This document shows, one piece after another, positions 10,029 through 18,684 of a stretch of DNA of 64,000 nt. The translations under genes and the position numbers were made by a program. Each line of letters opens with the position of its first letter. The first letter of the stretch is position 1. The notes below the pieces were generated by a model that did not search any database, was not told where the DNA came from, and worked only from the letters and a program-made list of their open reading frames with translations. This DNA comes from Acidobacteriota bacterium (GTDB lineage: Bacteria > Acidobacteriota > Thermoanaerobaculia > Gp7-AA8), in contig JAFATB010000023.1 of assembly GCA_019244185.1 (NCBI GenBank), positions 96,001-160,000 of the forward strand. Reading direction: 5' to 3'.

Positions 10029-10984
10029 CGGCGCGCATCACGGCGGCATACGTCGTGAACCGCCCATCCGCGGTGGAGGAGGAATCAAAGCTCGTCGTCA
10101 TTGCCGCGATCGCCGCGAACGTGGTGATTGCGACGGCGAAGTTTACGGCGGCGGTCGTGACGCGGAGCTCGGCGATGTTGTCCGAGGGGATTCATTCGCT
10201 CATCGATAGCGGCGACGGGTGTCTGCTTCTGCTCGGCGCGCACCTCGGGTCGCGGCCTCCGGACGAGTCGCATCCGTTCGGACACGGGCGCGAGGTCTAC
10301 TTCTGGTCGTTCGTCGTCGCGGTGATGATCTTCGCGGTGGGCGGCGGCGTGTCGATGTACGAGGGCGTGCTGCGCGTGCTGCATCCGGAGCCGCTGCGCA
10401 GCGCGGTCTGGACGTTCGCCGTCCTCGGCGTCTCGTTCATCTTCGAAGGGACGTCGTTCCTCATCGCGGCGCGGCATTTCGCGAAGCTGAAGAAGCCGGG
10501 CGTGTCGGCGCTGGCGGCGATCCGACGCAGCCGGAATCCTTCCGACTTCATGATCGTCCTCGAAGACTCGGCCGCGCTGATCGGCATCCTCATCGCCGCG
10601 GCCGGCGTGACGCTCGAACTCGTGACCGGCAACGCGGTGTTCGACGGCGCCGCATCGATCACGATCGGCCTGCTGCTGTGCGTCGTGGCCACGCTGCTCG
10701 CGATCCAGACGCGCGGCCTCCTCGTCGGCGAAGGATTGCTTTCCGAGAACGCGGCGGCGATCCGAAGCCTCATCGAATCCGACGCCGCCGTCGAACGCGC
10801 CGCTCCGCCGCTGTCGAGCTACCTCGGCCCGGAGACGGTGGTCATGAACGTGCGCATCCGTTTCTGCCGCGACCTCCGCACGGACGAGATCGAGGACGCG
10901 GTCGAACGGATCCAGCAAGCGATCCGCGAGCGCCATCCGATCGTGAAGAAGATCTTCATCGCGCCCGGGCGGATCGAGCCCTGA
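10025..10984 (+). CDS. Cation diffusion facilitator (CDF) transporter
   Basis: SSAMLSEGIHSLID, HPFGHGRE, VLEDSAAL, C-terminal dimerisation domain. True start may be slightly downstream. Confidence 0.92.
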   Translation: MTARITAAYVVNRPSAVEEESKLVVIAAIAANVVIATAKFTAAVVTRSSAMLSEGIHSLIDSGDGCLLLLGAHLGSRPPDESHPFGHGREVYFWSFVVAVMIFAVGGGVSMYEGVLRVLHPEPLRSAVWTFAVLGVSFIFEGTSFLIAARHFAKLKKPGVSALAAIRRSRNPSDFMIVLEDSAALIGILIAAAGVTLELVTGNAVFDGAASITIGLLLCVVATLLAIQTRGLLVGEGLLSENAAAIRSLIESDAAVERAAPPLSSYLGPETVVMNVRIRFCRDLRTDEIEDAVERIQQAIRERHPIVKKIFIAPGRIEP

Positions 10985-11325
10985 ACGTCGCCACCGACCA
11001 TGCGCGGATGCACGCCGGGAAGCGGCGGCAGGACGGCCACGCGGACGAGCGCGCCCTGCTTGAGCCCGAGCACCAGCCCCGCCGCCCACGTCGCGTGCCC
11101 GAGCGACGCGAAAAGAGCGCGTAGAGCAGCGCCAGCGCCTACCCGACGATGAAGTGCAGCGCGTCGCCGGCCGTCTTCGCGCGGTCGCGGTTGAGCGTCA
11201 CCATCGTCCCGAGCACGAACGGCATGTCGATGCGGGTCAGCCCCAGCGACTGCGCGGCCAGGATGGCCGTCGTCAGTACGACTGTCGCGCCGAACCCCCA
11301 CAGCGCGACGTCGCCCAATCGATTA
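10985..11325 (-). pseudogene. Degenerate membrane-protein gene
   Basis: ALWGFGATVVLTT..GLTRIDMPFVLGTMVT..HFIVG is followed by in-frame TAG (11139-11141, where Trp TGG would fit), then ALALLYA, a frameshift, and FASLGHATW...LPGVHPRM. No intact start, and the 3' end runs into the CDF gene. Confidence 0.6.
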
Positions 11326-11445
11326 CATGCATGTTCATCGTGGCCGTCGTGACGGATGCAATTCACGCCTCGGTTGGGGTAGTGCGAGATGCATGGTGGG
11401 CCATGTATTGTGGCGACATGGCCCGAGGAGCCAGCGACTTGTGGA

Positions 11446-12435
11446 TCACGGCGGGGGAAAATTCTGGTTCGCGATCCGAAGTTGGTCGAGCGTATGCGTC
11501 GACCACGGCTGCGGTGGGTACGTCGACTTCGTCGAGTAGTGCAGGCCGAGGCTGAATGCCTTGCTCGCCCACGCGCCCACGGCGCCGGGCGTTCTGTCCG
11601 CGTCGCCGACTCCGTCATCGTTGATGATGAGGAATGCGTTCGGGTTGTACGTTGCCGCGCGTCGTTTCGCGTCGAGGATGTTCTCCTGCAGATCGCGCGA
11701 CTGCGGCGATGAATCGATGCCCCACTGTCCGGCGTGAAAGTCGAAGAACGAGAACGGGATGTTCCGCAGCGTCATGGATTCGTTCGTCACGCCGGTGCTC
11801 GTGGTGATGAGCGGCGAGGCTCCGACGACGTTCACCAATGCGTCTTTCATGATCTGGATCCAGGCGACGAGGTTCTGATTGTCCACGTCGCCGCAACCCC
11901 CGCCGTCCATGCGGAGCTCGTTGCCGATTTCCCAGAGCACGTTCGTCTTTGTCTTGAGGCGATTTCCGACCGCCGCGATCAGCTCTTTCTGTTTGTGCGT
12001 CGTCGCATTCTGCGAAGGCTGGAAGAACGTCTGGAGCCGCCCGCACAGAGTCGTTCCGGTTCCGTACGCCGGCAGCAACTCCGGAGGACAATCCTCCGGC
12101 ACTTCCTCGGGGAATTTGCACACGTGGTAGTTGAAGAGACAGACCTGGACCCAGAACCCCTTCGCGGCCGCGAGCTTGACGAGCAGTTCGAGGTTGTCGA
12201 GATAGGTCGGGTTGATGGTGTGATCCGGCTGATACAGATGGATCGCGCGGTCCGGAGGCAGCGTGTCGGCGGTCGAACGGCGAAAGACCCACACGCGTAC
12301 GAGATTGATCGGCCAGCCGCCGTCGGCGATGTATTGGAAGTAGTTGCGCGTGTCGCCGCCGCCCACCGCCCCGAGGTTGCGATCGTTCGCGAGGTTGTAC
12401 GCGCCGTAAGCGATGAAGCGCCGCGGAAGTGTCAT
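11446..12435 (-). CDS. Glycoside hydrolase clan A (GH5-like) TIM-barrel protein
   Basis: INLVRVWVF, YLDNLELLVKLAAAKGFWVQVCLF, NVLWEIGNE (acid/base), FFDFH. Less GC-rich than the flanks. Confidence 0.65.
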   Translation of the reverse strand: MTLPRRFIAYGAYNLANDRNLGAVGGGDTRNYFQYIADGGWPINLVRVWVFRRSTADTLPPDRAIHLYQPDHTINPTYLDNLELLVKLAAAKGFWVQVCLFNYHVCKFPEEVPEDCPPELLPAYGTGTTLCGRLQTFFQPSQNATTHKQKELIAAVGNRLKTKTNVLWEIGNELRMDGGGCGDVDNQNLVAWIQIMKDALVNVVGASPLITTSTGVTNESMTLRNIPFSFFDFHAGQWGIDSSPQSRDLQENILDAKRRAATYNPNAFLIINDDGVGDADRTPGAVGAWASKAFSLGLHYSTKSTYPPQPWSTHTLDQLRIANQNFPPP

Positions 12436-12509
12436 GTCAGGGAGAGGCGGTTTCGCGCCGAATCCCTACCCGGAGGGGTCGCGATGCTGAGTGATTGAGC
12501 GGGGGCGTT

Positions 12510-12585
12510 TGGTAGCGCATACGGGATTCGAACCCGTGTTACCGCCGTGAGAGGGCGGCGTCCTGGACCCCTAGACGAATGCGCC
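12510..12585 (-). tRNA. tRNA-Glu (CTC)
   Basis: Reverse complement GGCGCATTCGTCTAGGGGTCCAGGACGCCGCCCTCTCACGGCGGTAACACGGGTTCGAATCCCGTATGCGCTACCA; 76 nt cloverleaf with encoded CCA. Confidence 0.97.
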
Positions 12586-12673
12586 GGATGGGCGAGGGAC
12601 GCGGAAGATACCTTCGGGAGCGCTTCGCGTCAAGGCGGTTAAGTAGCGCGGCAGGAGCGAAATTCCCCGCGCG

Positions 12674-13168
12674 TCAGCGGGGGACGGCGATGTCGGCGGC
12701 GGAGGTGTTCGGGAGCTTTAGCAGCTCCGACGGGGCGAGGCGGACTTTGCTCGAGCGGTTGCCGCCGCCGATGATGACGCGCGGGGCTTCGAGGACGCGC
12801 TCATCGATGTAAATCGGGACCTCGGCGGGCAGGCCGGGGAGGGTCACGCCGCCGATGAGCATGCCGGTCAGTTCCGCGGTCTCGTCGGCCGACGCGAACG
12901 ACATCTTCTTCGTGCCGGTGATCGCCACGAGCTTGCGGTTGACGTCGAGCTTCGTGTCGGCGCGCACGAGGCAGGCGACGTAGCCGCGCGGGTTCGTCTT
13001 CAGCGCGACGAGGATCGCGTTGCACGCCTCCTCGGCGGCGATTCCGTAGTGGCGGCAGAACTCCGCGGTATCCGCGAGCTCGGGCTCGCAGGCGAGGACT
13101 TCGTAGGTGATGCCGGCGGCGTCGAGGGCGGTGCGGACGCGTTCGTGAAGGAGTGCAGGATCGCTCAT
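12674..13168 (-). CDS. YbaK/EbsC aminoacyl-tRNA deacylase family protein
   Basis: LADTAEFC..YG, SFASADETAELTGMLIGGVT, IGGGNRS. Confidence 0.88.
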   Translation of the reverse strand: MSDPALLHERVRTALDAAGITYEVLACEPELADTAEFCRHYGIAAEEACNAILVALKTNPRGYVACLVRADTKLDVNRKLVAITGTKKMSFASADETAELTGMLIGGVTLPGLPAEVPIYIDERVLEAPRVIIGGGNRSSKVRLAPSELLKLPNTSAADIAVPR

Positions 13169-13237
13169 CGCCGGTCACTTTTACCTCATCTGCCCGGCAC
13201 GCTTCACGCATTTATTGCGCGCGGAGGACATACGCCA

Positions 13238-13837
13238 ATGCCGAATGCAATCACGATGTTGAAAGCGGACCATACGACGCTCAAGCGCATCCTGCGCGAG
13301 CTCGATGCGACCACCGAGCGCGCGACCAAGCAGCGCCAGTCGCTGGCCGCCGAGTTCGAGCGCGAGATCAAGATGCACGCGCAGATCGAAGAGGAAGTGT
13401 TCTATCCCGCCTTCAAGGCCGCGACACGCGGCACCGAGGCCGAGGACATGTTCTACGAGGCCGCCGAAGAGCATCACATCGTCGACATGGTTGTGCCGGC
13501 GCTGAAGGCCGCGAACCCGAAGTCGCACGAGTTCGGAGCGAAGGCCAAGGTGCTCAAGGAGCTCGTCGAGCATCACGTCAAGGAAGAAGAGACGGAGATG
13601 TTCGCGCACGCGCGCAAGGTCTTCAGCGACGAGCAACTGCGCGAGCTCGGCGAGCTGATGCAGGCCCGCAAGGACTCGCTCATCGAGATGTGGGACAACC
13701 CGATGCTCCGCCCCGTCAAGAAACTGCAGAGCGTCGCGCACAAGTTCCTGCCGACGAAGGTCAAGACCGCGAAGGCCGCCGCGATCGCGAAGTCGCCGGC
13801 GATCTCGAAGATCGTCGACCAGGACGAAGCACGCTAG
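13238..13837 (+). CDS. Hemerythrin (HHE) domain protein
   Basis: MLKADH, HAQIEEEVFYP, EEHH, HHVKEEE; GGAGG RBS. Confidence 0.9.
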   Translation: MPNAITMLKADHTTLKRILRELDATTERATKQRQSLAAEFEREIKMHAQIEEEVFYPAFKAATRGTEAEDMFYEAAEEHHIVDMVVPALKAANPKSHEFGAKAKVLKELVEHHVKEEETEMFAHARKVFSDEQLRELGELMQARKDSLIEMWDNPMLRPVKKLQSVAHKFLPTKVKTAKAAAIAKSPAISKIVDQDEAR

Positions 13838-13852
13838 GTTTTCTTCCCGAAT

Positions 13853-13879
13853 GCGGGGCTCGCGCGCAGCGAGCCCCGC
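13853..13879. terminator. GC hairpin between convergent genes
   Basis: GCGGGGCTCGC-GCGCA-GCGAGCCCCGC, perfect 11-bp stem, no U-tract. Confidence 0.45.
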
Positions 13880-13908
13880 GCCGCGCGCCCGCGCGATTGC
13901 GCTGGCCG

Positions 13909-14175
13909 CTATTGCGCTGAACGTTGGCGCGGGGCGTCCGTCTGTACCCGCGGCTTGAGCTCCATCGTCCTCTGCATCCAGCGGCCGGTCTCGCGGTCGC
14001 GCTCGAAGAGGCTCCGCACTTCGCTCCACGCCTGCGTCTGCGCCGTGCGGAAGCGCGTCTTCGTCTCGGCCGCATGCTGCCACGCGCGATTGAACGCCTC
14101 GCGATACACGCGCAGCGCCGCCTCGGGGAGATTGATGCGGCAGACGTACGGCAGGTCCTCGATCGACTCGTACAT
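13909..14175 (-). CDS. chaB: ChaB family protein
   Basis: MYESIEDLP..NLPEAALRVYREAFNRAW...AWSEVR...TGRW; GAGGGAG RBS. Confidence 0.85.
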   Translation of the reverse strand: MYESIEDLPYVCRINLPEAALRVYREAFNRAWQHAAETKTRFRTAQTQAWSEVRSLFERDRETGRWMQRTMELKPRVQTDAPRQRSAQ

Positions 14176-14189
14176 GGCTCTCCCTCTCC

Positions 14190-15500
14190 TCAGTAGTATT
14201 CGTGGCCGAGGTGCGTCAGCGTCTCCTCGCCCATCGCCCAGCGCATCGTGTTCTTCAGCTTCATCAGCTGGATGAAGAGGTCGTGCTCGGGATAGAGCTC
14301 GGGCGCGGTCATCGGGCATTTGAAGTAGAAGCTGAGCCACTCCTGAATGCCGGACCAGCCGGCGCGCTGCGCGAAGTCGAGCAGCAGCGCGAGGTCGAGC
14401 ACGATCGGCGCGGCGAGGATCGAATCGCGGCAGAGGAAGTCGATCTTCATCTGCATCGGATAGCCGAGCCAGCCGAAGAGATCGATGTTGTCCCATCCTT
14501 CCTTCGCATCGCCGCGCGGCGGGTAGTACTCGATGCGCACCTTGTGAAAGAGCTTCCCGTACAGCGATTGGTAGATCTCGGGTTGCAGGATGTAATCGAG
14601 CACGCCGAGCTTGGTTGTCTCTTTCGATTTGAAGGATTCCGGATCGTCGAGCACTTCGCCGTCGCGATTGCCGAGGATGTTCGTCGAGAACCAGCCGCGC
14701 ACGCCGAGCATGCGCGCCTTGAGCGCGGGCGCGACGACGGTCTTCATCAGCGTCTGGCCGGTCTTGAAGTCCTTGCCGGCGATGGGCACGCCTTCGCGGC
14801 GCGCGAGCTCCCACGCGGCGGGGAAGTCGACGGCGAGGTTCGGCGCGCCGTTCGCGAATGCGACGTGCTCGCGCAGACACGCCCACGCGTAGAGCTGCGC
14901 GTTAGAGATCGTCGGATCGTTGTGCGCGAGCGCTTCTTCGAACGACTCGACGGTGTGATGGCAGCCGTTCGCGGAGACCCACACTTCCGTGCTGCCGCAC
15001 CAGACGGCGACGGCGCGCGTGCAGCCGTTGTCGCGCTTGAACGCGCGGATGTCTTCGCGGAGCTGCGCGACCATCTCCGCTTTCGTCTCCCCCTTTTTCA
15101 CGTGCGTGCCGTTGAGGCGGCGCACGTACTCGGGATAGAAGACGCCCGGCATCGGACGGATGGCCTCGAGCTCGTCGCGCACGACATCGAGGTGCTCGCG
15201 CGTGAGGACGTCGGCGTGGATGGCAGACTCGTACGCGTTGTCGGGAAAGATGTCCCACGCGCCGAAGACGAGGTCGTCGAGCTTCGCGAGGCCGAGGAAG
15301 TCGTCGATGCGCGGCGCTTTCGCATCGGTGCGTTTGCCGAGGCGGATGGTGCCCATCTGCGTCAGCGAGCCGACGGGCTCGGCGAGGCCGCGCCGCGCGA
15401 GCAGCACGCCGGCGATCATCGTGGTCGAGACGGCGCCAAGACCGGGCAGGAGAACGGCCAGCTTACCGGACGCTGGCGTCACGACTTCGGGTTGTTTCAC
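14190..15500 (-). CDS. ino1: Myo-inositol-1-phosphate synthase
   Basis: PGLGAVSTT, WCGSTE, FANGAPN, GKDFKTGQT, NILGNRDG, GDAKEGWD, CRDSILAAP. Start GTG 15500. Confidence 0.95.
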   Translation of the reverse strand: MKQPEVVTPASGKLAVLLPGLGAVSTTMIAGVLLARRGLAEPVGSLTQMGTIRLGKRTDAKAPRIDDFLGLAKLDDLVFGAWDIFPDNAYESAIHADVLTREHLDVVRDELEAIRPMPGVFYPEYVRRLNGTHVKKGETKAEMVAQLREDIRAFKRDNGCTRAVAVWCGSTEVWVSANGCHHTVESFEEALAHNDPTISNAQLYAWACLREHVAFANGAPNLAVDFPAAWELARREGVPIAGKDFKTGQTLMKTVVAPALKARMLGVRGWFSTNILGNRDGEVLDDPESFKSKETTKLGVLDYILQPEIYQSLYGKLFHKVRIEYYPPRGDAKEGWDNIDLFGWLGYPMQMKIDFLCRDSILAAPIVLDLALLLDFAQRAGWSGIQEWLSFYFKCPMTAPELYPEHDLFIQLMKLKNTMRWAMGEETLTHLGHEYY

Positions 15501-15558
15501 GGTACCGGCGAGGCGAGCAAAACACGGGCCACGCCTTTGCATAATGTGCAAATGAAGA

Positions 15559-16464
15559 ATGCTCGAGGAAGTCACGGTCGTCGCTCCGCACGAGCCCAAT
15601 CGGGGAGTGTTGCTGGCGCAGCTGGCGGCGGAGTTTCCGTCGATCTTCGCGCGCCTCGACGGCGACGCCGCGGAGGCGCCGCACGTGCGCGCGTCGGAGT
15701 GGCGCCGCGCGGACTTTGATACATGGTCGTTCGACTGCCGCGTCGACGAGCTCGCATCGGCGCCGTTCACGCTCACGCTCGCACACGATGCCGACGACGC
15801 GCCGCGCTTTCCGATCGAAGTGCTGAATCGCTGTCAGCGCGCGATCGGGCGGCGCAACCGGCACTCGCAGGGACAACTCTTCACGCGCGTGCTCGAACGC
15901 CATCGCGCGCTGCACGACGTCGCGAAGCCGCTCGTCCGCGCCGACTACAACCACGCGCGCGACGCGTGGCAATGGCTGCTGCGTCTCGATGCGGAGGCCT
16001 CGCTCGCGGTGCAAATTGCGGCGCTTTTTCACGATATCGAGCGACTCGCATCCGAGTCCGACGCGCGCGTCGAGCACCATGCGGACGACTACCAAACGTT
16101 CAAGGACGCGCACGCGCGCGCCGGTGCGGCGATGACGGATGCGGTGCTCGCGGAGGCGGGTGTGAACGCGAGCATCGGCGCACGTGTCTGCGAGCTCGTC
16201 GCGCGGCACGAGCGTCCGTCGGACGACGCGGAGCTCGCGCTCCTCAACGACGCCGACGCGCTGTCGTTCCTGTCGCTCAATTCGCCCGGCTACGCCGACT
16301 ACTTCGGCGCCGAGCAAACCAGAAAGAAACTCGCGTACACGTGGAATCGCATGCGCCCGAGCGCGCGCGCGAAGCTGGGCCTCGTGCATCTGCGGGACGA
16401 CGTCGGCGCCTGGTTGCGTGAAGTCACGGAGCGGGAGGTCAGGGATGGATCTGTCGGCGCATGA
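15559..16464 (+). CDS. HD-domain/DUF4202-like protein
   Basis: DYNHARDAW...AALFHDIER...KDAHA...HE...LLNDADALSF. Confidence 0.7.
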   Translation: MLEEVTVVAPHEPNRGVLLAQLAAEFPSIFARLDGDAAEAPHVRASEWRRADFDTWSFDCRVDELASAPFTLTLAHDADDAPRFPIEVLNRCQRAIGRRNRHSQGQLFTRVLERHRALHDVAKPLVRADYNHARDAWQWLLRLDAEASLAVQIAALFHDIERLASESDARVEHHADDYQTFKDAHARAGAAMTDAVLAEAGVNASIGARVCELVARHERPSDDAELALLNDADALSFLSLNSPGYADYFGAEQTRKKLAYTWNRMRPSARAKLGLVHLRDDVGAWLREVTEREVRDGSVGA

Positions 16465-17179
16465 GATCGAACAACGTGTGCGCTCCCTCGGACAGTGGTT
16501 CCACAATCTCGATTTGCGCGGCGTGAAAACGGCGCCGGACCACTTTCTGGGCGATTACCCGAACATCAAATGGCAGCGGTTCGCGCACGCGATTCCGGCC
16601 GATCTCACCGGGAAATCGGTGCTCGACATCGGCTGCAACGCCGGCTTCTATTCGATCGAGATGAAGAAGCGCGGCGCCGCGCGCGTCGTGGGCGTCGACT
16701 CCGACGACACGTATCTGAATCAGGCGCGCTTCGCGGCAGAGGTGTCGGGATTCGGGGATATCGAGTTCAGGAACCTCTCGGTGTACGACGTCGGCAAGCT
16801 CAGTGAGCGCTTCGACCTCGTCATCTTCATGGGCGTGCTGTATCACCTGCGGCATCCGCTGCTCGCGCTCGACACGCTGTACGACACGGTCGTCGGCGAC
16901 CTGCTGCTGTTCCAGAGCATGCAGCGCGGCAGCAGCGACGTCGCGCGTGTCGAGGAGAACTATCCGTTCTGGGACACGTCGGTATTCGAGCAGGACGGCT
17001 ATCCGCTGATGTACTTCGTCGAGTCGCGCTACGCGAACGATCCGACGAACTGGTGGATCCCGAACCGCGCCTGCGTCGAGGCGATGCTGCGCAGCGCCGG
17101 TTTCACCATCGAGGCGCATCCGGAAGAAGAGGTCTATCTCTGCCGCCGCGGCGTTCGGCCGTCGTTTGGAGACGCGTAG
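16445..17179 (+). CDS. SAM-dependent methyltransferase (TIGR04290-like)
   Basis: WFHNLDL.GVKTAPDHFLGDYP, VLDIGCNAGFY, MGVLYHLRHP, DPTNWWIPN. Confidence 0.88.
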   Translation: MDLSAHEIEQRVRSLGQWFHNLDLRGVKTAPDHFLGDYPNIKWQRFAHAIPADLTGKSVLDIGCNAGFYSIEMKKRGAARVVGVDSDDTYLNQARFAAEVSGFGDIEFRNLSVYDVGKLSERFDLVIFMGVLYHLRHPLLALDTLYDTVVGDLLLFQSMQRGSSDVARVEENYPFWDTSVFEQDGYPLMYFVESRYANDPTNWWIPNRACVEAMLRSAGFTIEAHPEEEVYLCRRGVRPSFGDA

Positions 17180-18067
17180 ATGCCCGTCGAAGCGGTGATG
17201 TTGTGGAACGAGCCGAACAACCTCTCGCACTGGGATTTTCAGATCGATCCCGAATGGCAGGTGTTCTCCGAGATGACCTGTCTCGCCGCGCAGGCGGTGA
17301 AGTCGGTCAACGCGACGCTGCCGCGCGTCCTCGGCGGCATCTCGCCGATCGACGCGCACTTCATCAATCGCATGAAGCGGCAGTGCGTCATCGACAACGT
17401 CGACGTCGTCGCCGTGCACGGCTTTCCGCTCGACTGGAACCACTGGCAAATCCAGGAGTGGCCGGCGAAGCTGCAGGAGATCCGCGAGGTCACTGACCTG
17501 CCGATCTGGGTGAGCGAAGTGGGCGTGTCGACCTTCGGCGCGGAAGAGGTGCAAGTCTTCGGACTCGAGAAGACGATGGAGCTGATCCTCGAGGCCGTGC
17601 CGCGCGTGCACTGGTACTCGCTCTACGATCTGCCGAAGGCGTGGCCGGCGACGACGCGTCATCGCGAGGCCGAAGGCTCGTCGTATTACCGGCACTTCTA
17701 CATGGGCGTGCTGCGCGAAGACGGCACGCCGAAGCTCGCGCTCGATGCGCTCGCGAAGTACACGCCGGAGCTCGGCGTCTGCCAGTGGTTTCATTACGAG
17801 GATCACCGCCTCGACGACGCCGTGCGCTGGCTGAAAAAGCTCGGCGTGAAGCGACTACGCACGGGCCTCAGCTGGGCCGATCATCACCGCCCGAACGCCT
17901 TGGAGTGGTTCGATAAGCAGATGAAGGCGCTCGAACCGTTCGACGTGACGCTGACGTATTGCTTCACGCCCGGCTCGCGAGGCGTGCGCGATCACTACAC
18001 CTCGCCGCCGCAGGTGGTGGAGGAGTTTGCGGAGTTTTGCGCGGAGATGACGCGGCGGTACGCGTGA
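17180..18067 (+). CDS. Beta-xylosidase-like glycoside hydrolase (clan A)
   Basis: WNEPNN acid/base motif, VAVHGFP, IWVSEVG nucleophile motif, RLRTGLSW. Confidence 0.8.
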   Translation: MPVEAVMLWNEPNNLSHWDFQIDPEWQVFSEMTCLAAQAVKSVNATLPRVLGGISPIDAHFINRMKRQCVIDNVDVVAVHGFPLDWNHWQIQEWPAKLQEIREVTDLPIWVSEVGVSTFGAEEVQVFGLEKTMELILEAVPRVHWYSLYDLPKAWPATTRHREAEGSSYYRHFYMGVLREDGTPKLALDALAKYTPELGVCQWFHYEDHRLDDAVRWLKKLGVKRLRTGLSWADHHRPNALEWFDKQMKALEPFDVTLTYCFTPGSRGVRDHYTSPPQVVEEFAEFCAEMTRRYA

Positions 18068-18107
18068 GAACGTTGAACGCCAGCCGGTCGACAGGCTCAC
18101 ACCAAAC

Positions 18108-18329
18108 TCAGGCGCCGACTACTAAGTATTCCGCAAACGCCGTGCTCTGCGGGATCGGCAAGCCATCCTCGATCAGTCCTTCAATATGCAACTGTATGGC
18201 CTCATACATGTTCCGCTCGGTCTCTTCATGGGTGGCACCCGTTGCAACACAGCCCGGCAGATCCGGCGAATATGCGGAGTAGTTCTCGCCAGCCGCTTCG
18301 ATCACGACCAAGAACCTGTGCATGTTCAT
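18108..18329 (-). CDS. hicB: HicB family antitoxin (short form)
   Basis: VVIE...YSAYSPDLPGCVATGATHEE...EAIQLHIEGL.EDG.PIP. Confidence 0.92.
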   Translation of the reverse strand: MNMHRFLVVIEAAGENYSAYSPDLPGCVATGATHEETERNMYEAIQLHIEGLIEDGLPIPQSTAFAEYLVVGA

Positions 18330-18523
18330 TTCAGCCCCGCCTGTTTGAGGATACTGTTGAAGGTTCCCGGCGCGAGATCATCGCTCATTTTCCCGGAAAT
18401 GGTGACGCGTCCCGGCTTCGTCGGATGCTTGTACTGCCGATGACTCGTCCCGCTGGTCGTTTTCACCTGAAGCCAACCGTCTTCCTCGATAATTCTGATC
18501 GCCTCTCGCACTTTCGTTGGCAC
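18326..18523 (-). CDS. hicA: HicA family toxin
   Basis: IIEEDGW...GTSHRQYKHPTKPGRVTI...GTFNSILKQAGL; ATGA overlap with hicB. Confidence 0.93.
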   Translation of the reverse strand: MPTKVREAIRIIEEDGWLQVKTTSGTSHRQYKHPTKPGRVTISGKMSDDLAPGTFNSILKQAGLK

Positions 18524-18627
18524 GCCGCGATTCTAAGCTCCGGCTGCGGCAACTCGTACGGCGATACAGTAAGTTACTGAACTGTCGAAGGTTGCCGAGG
18601 AGCCTGTCGTCCTTCCGACGCGCGTTG

Positions 18628-18670
18628 CTCATCTCTACGTTCTTCTGCGTTCTGCGTTCTTCATTCAGCT
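18628..18670. repeat. Solo arm of the heptamer-repeat element found complete at 63248-63376
   Basis: CTCATCTCTACGTTCTTCTGCGTTCTGCGTTCTTCATTCAGCT matches 63329-63375 apart from one substitution and a 4-nt gap. Confidence 0.85.
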
Positions 18671-18684
18671 AATCTTCGCGGCGC

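Noticed and set aside
11139-11141. In-frame TAG as stop-codon recoding (pyrrolysine or readthrough)
   Set aside because: Accompanied by a frameshift and truncation, and TAG ends many intact genes in this window, so decay is the simpler explanation.
11376-11390. GGTAGTGC resembling the tRNA-Glu 3' end (possible att site)
   Set aside because: Only 7 of 8 nt match; not distinguishable from chance, and no integrase is present.
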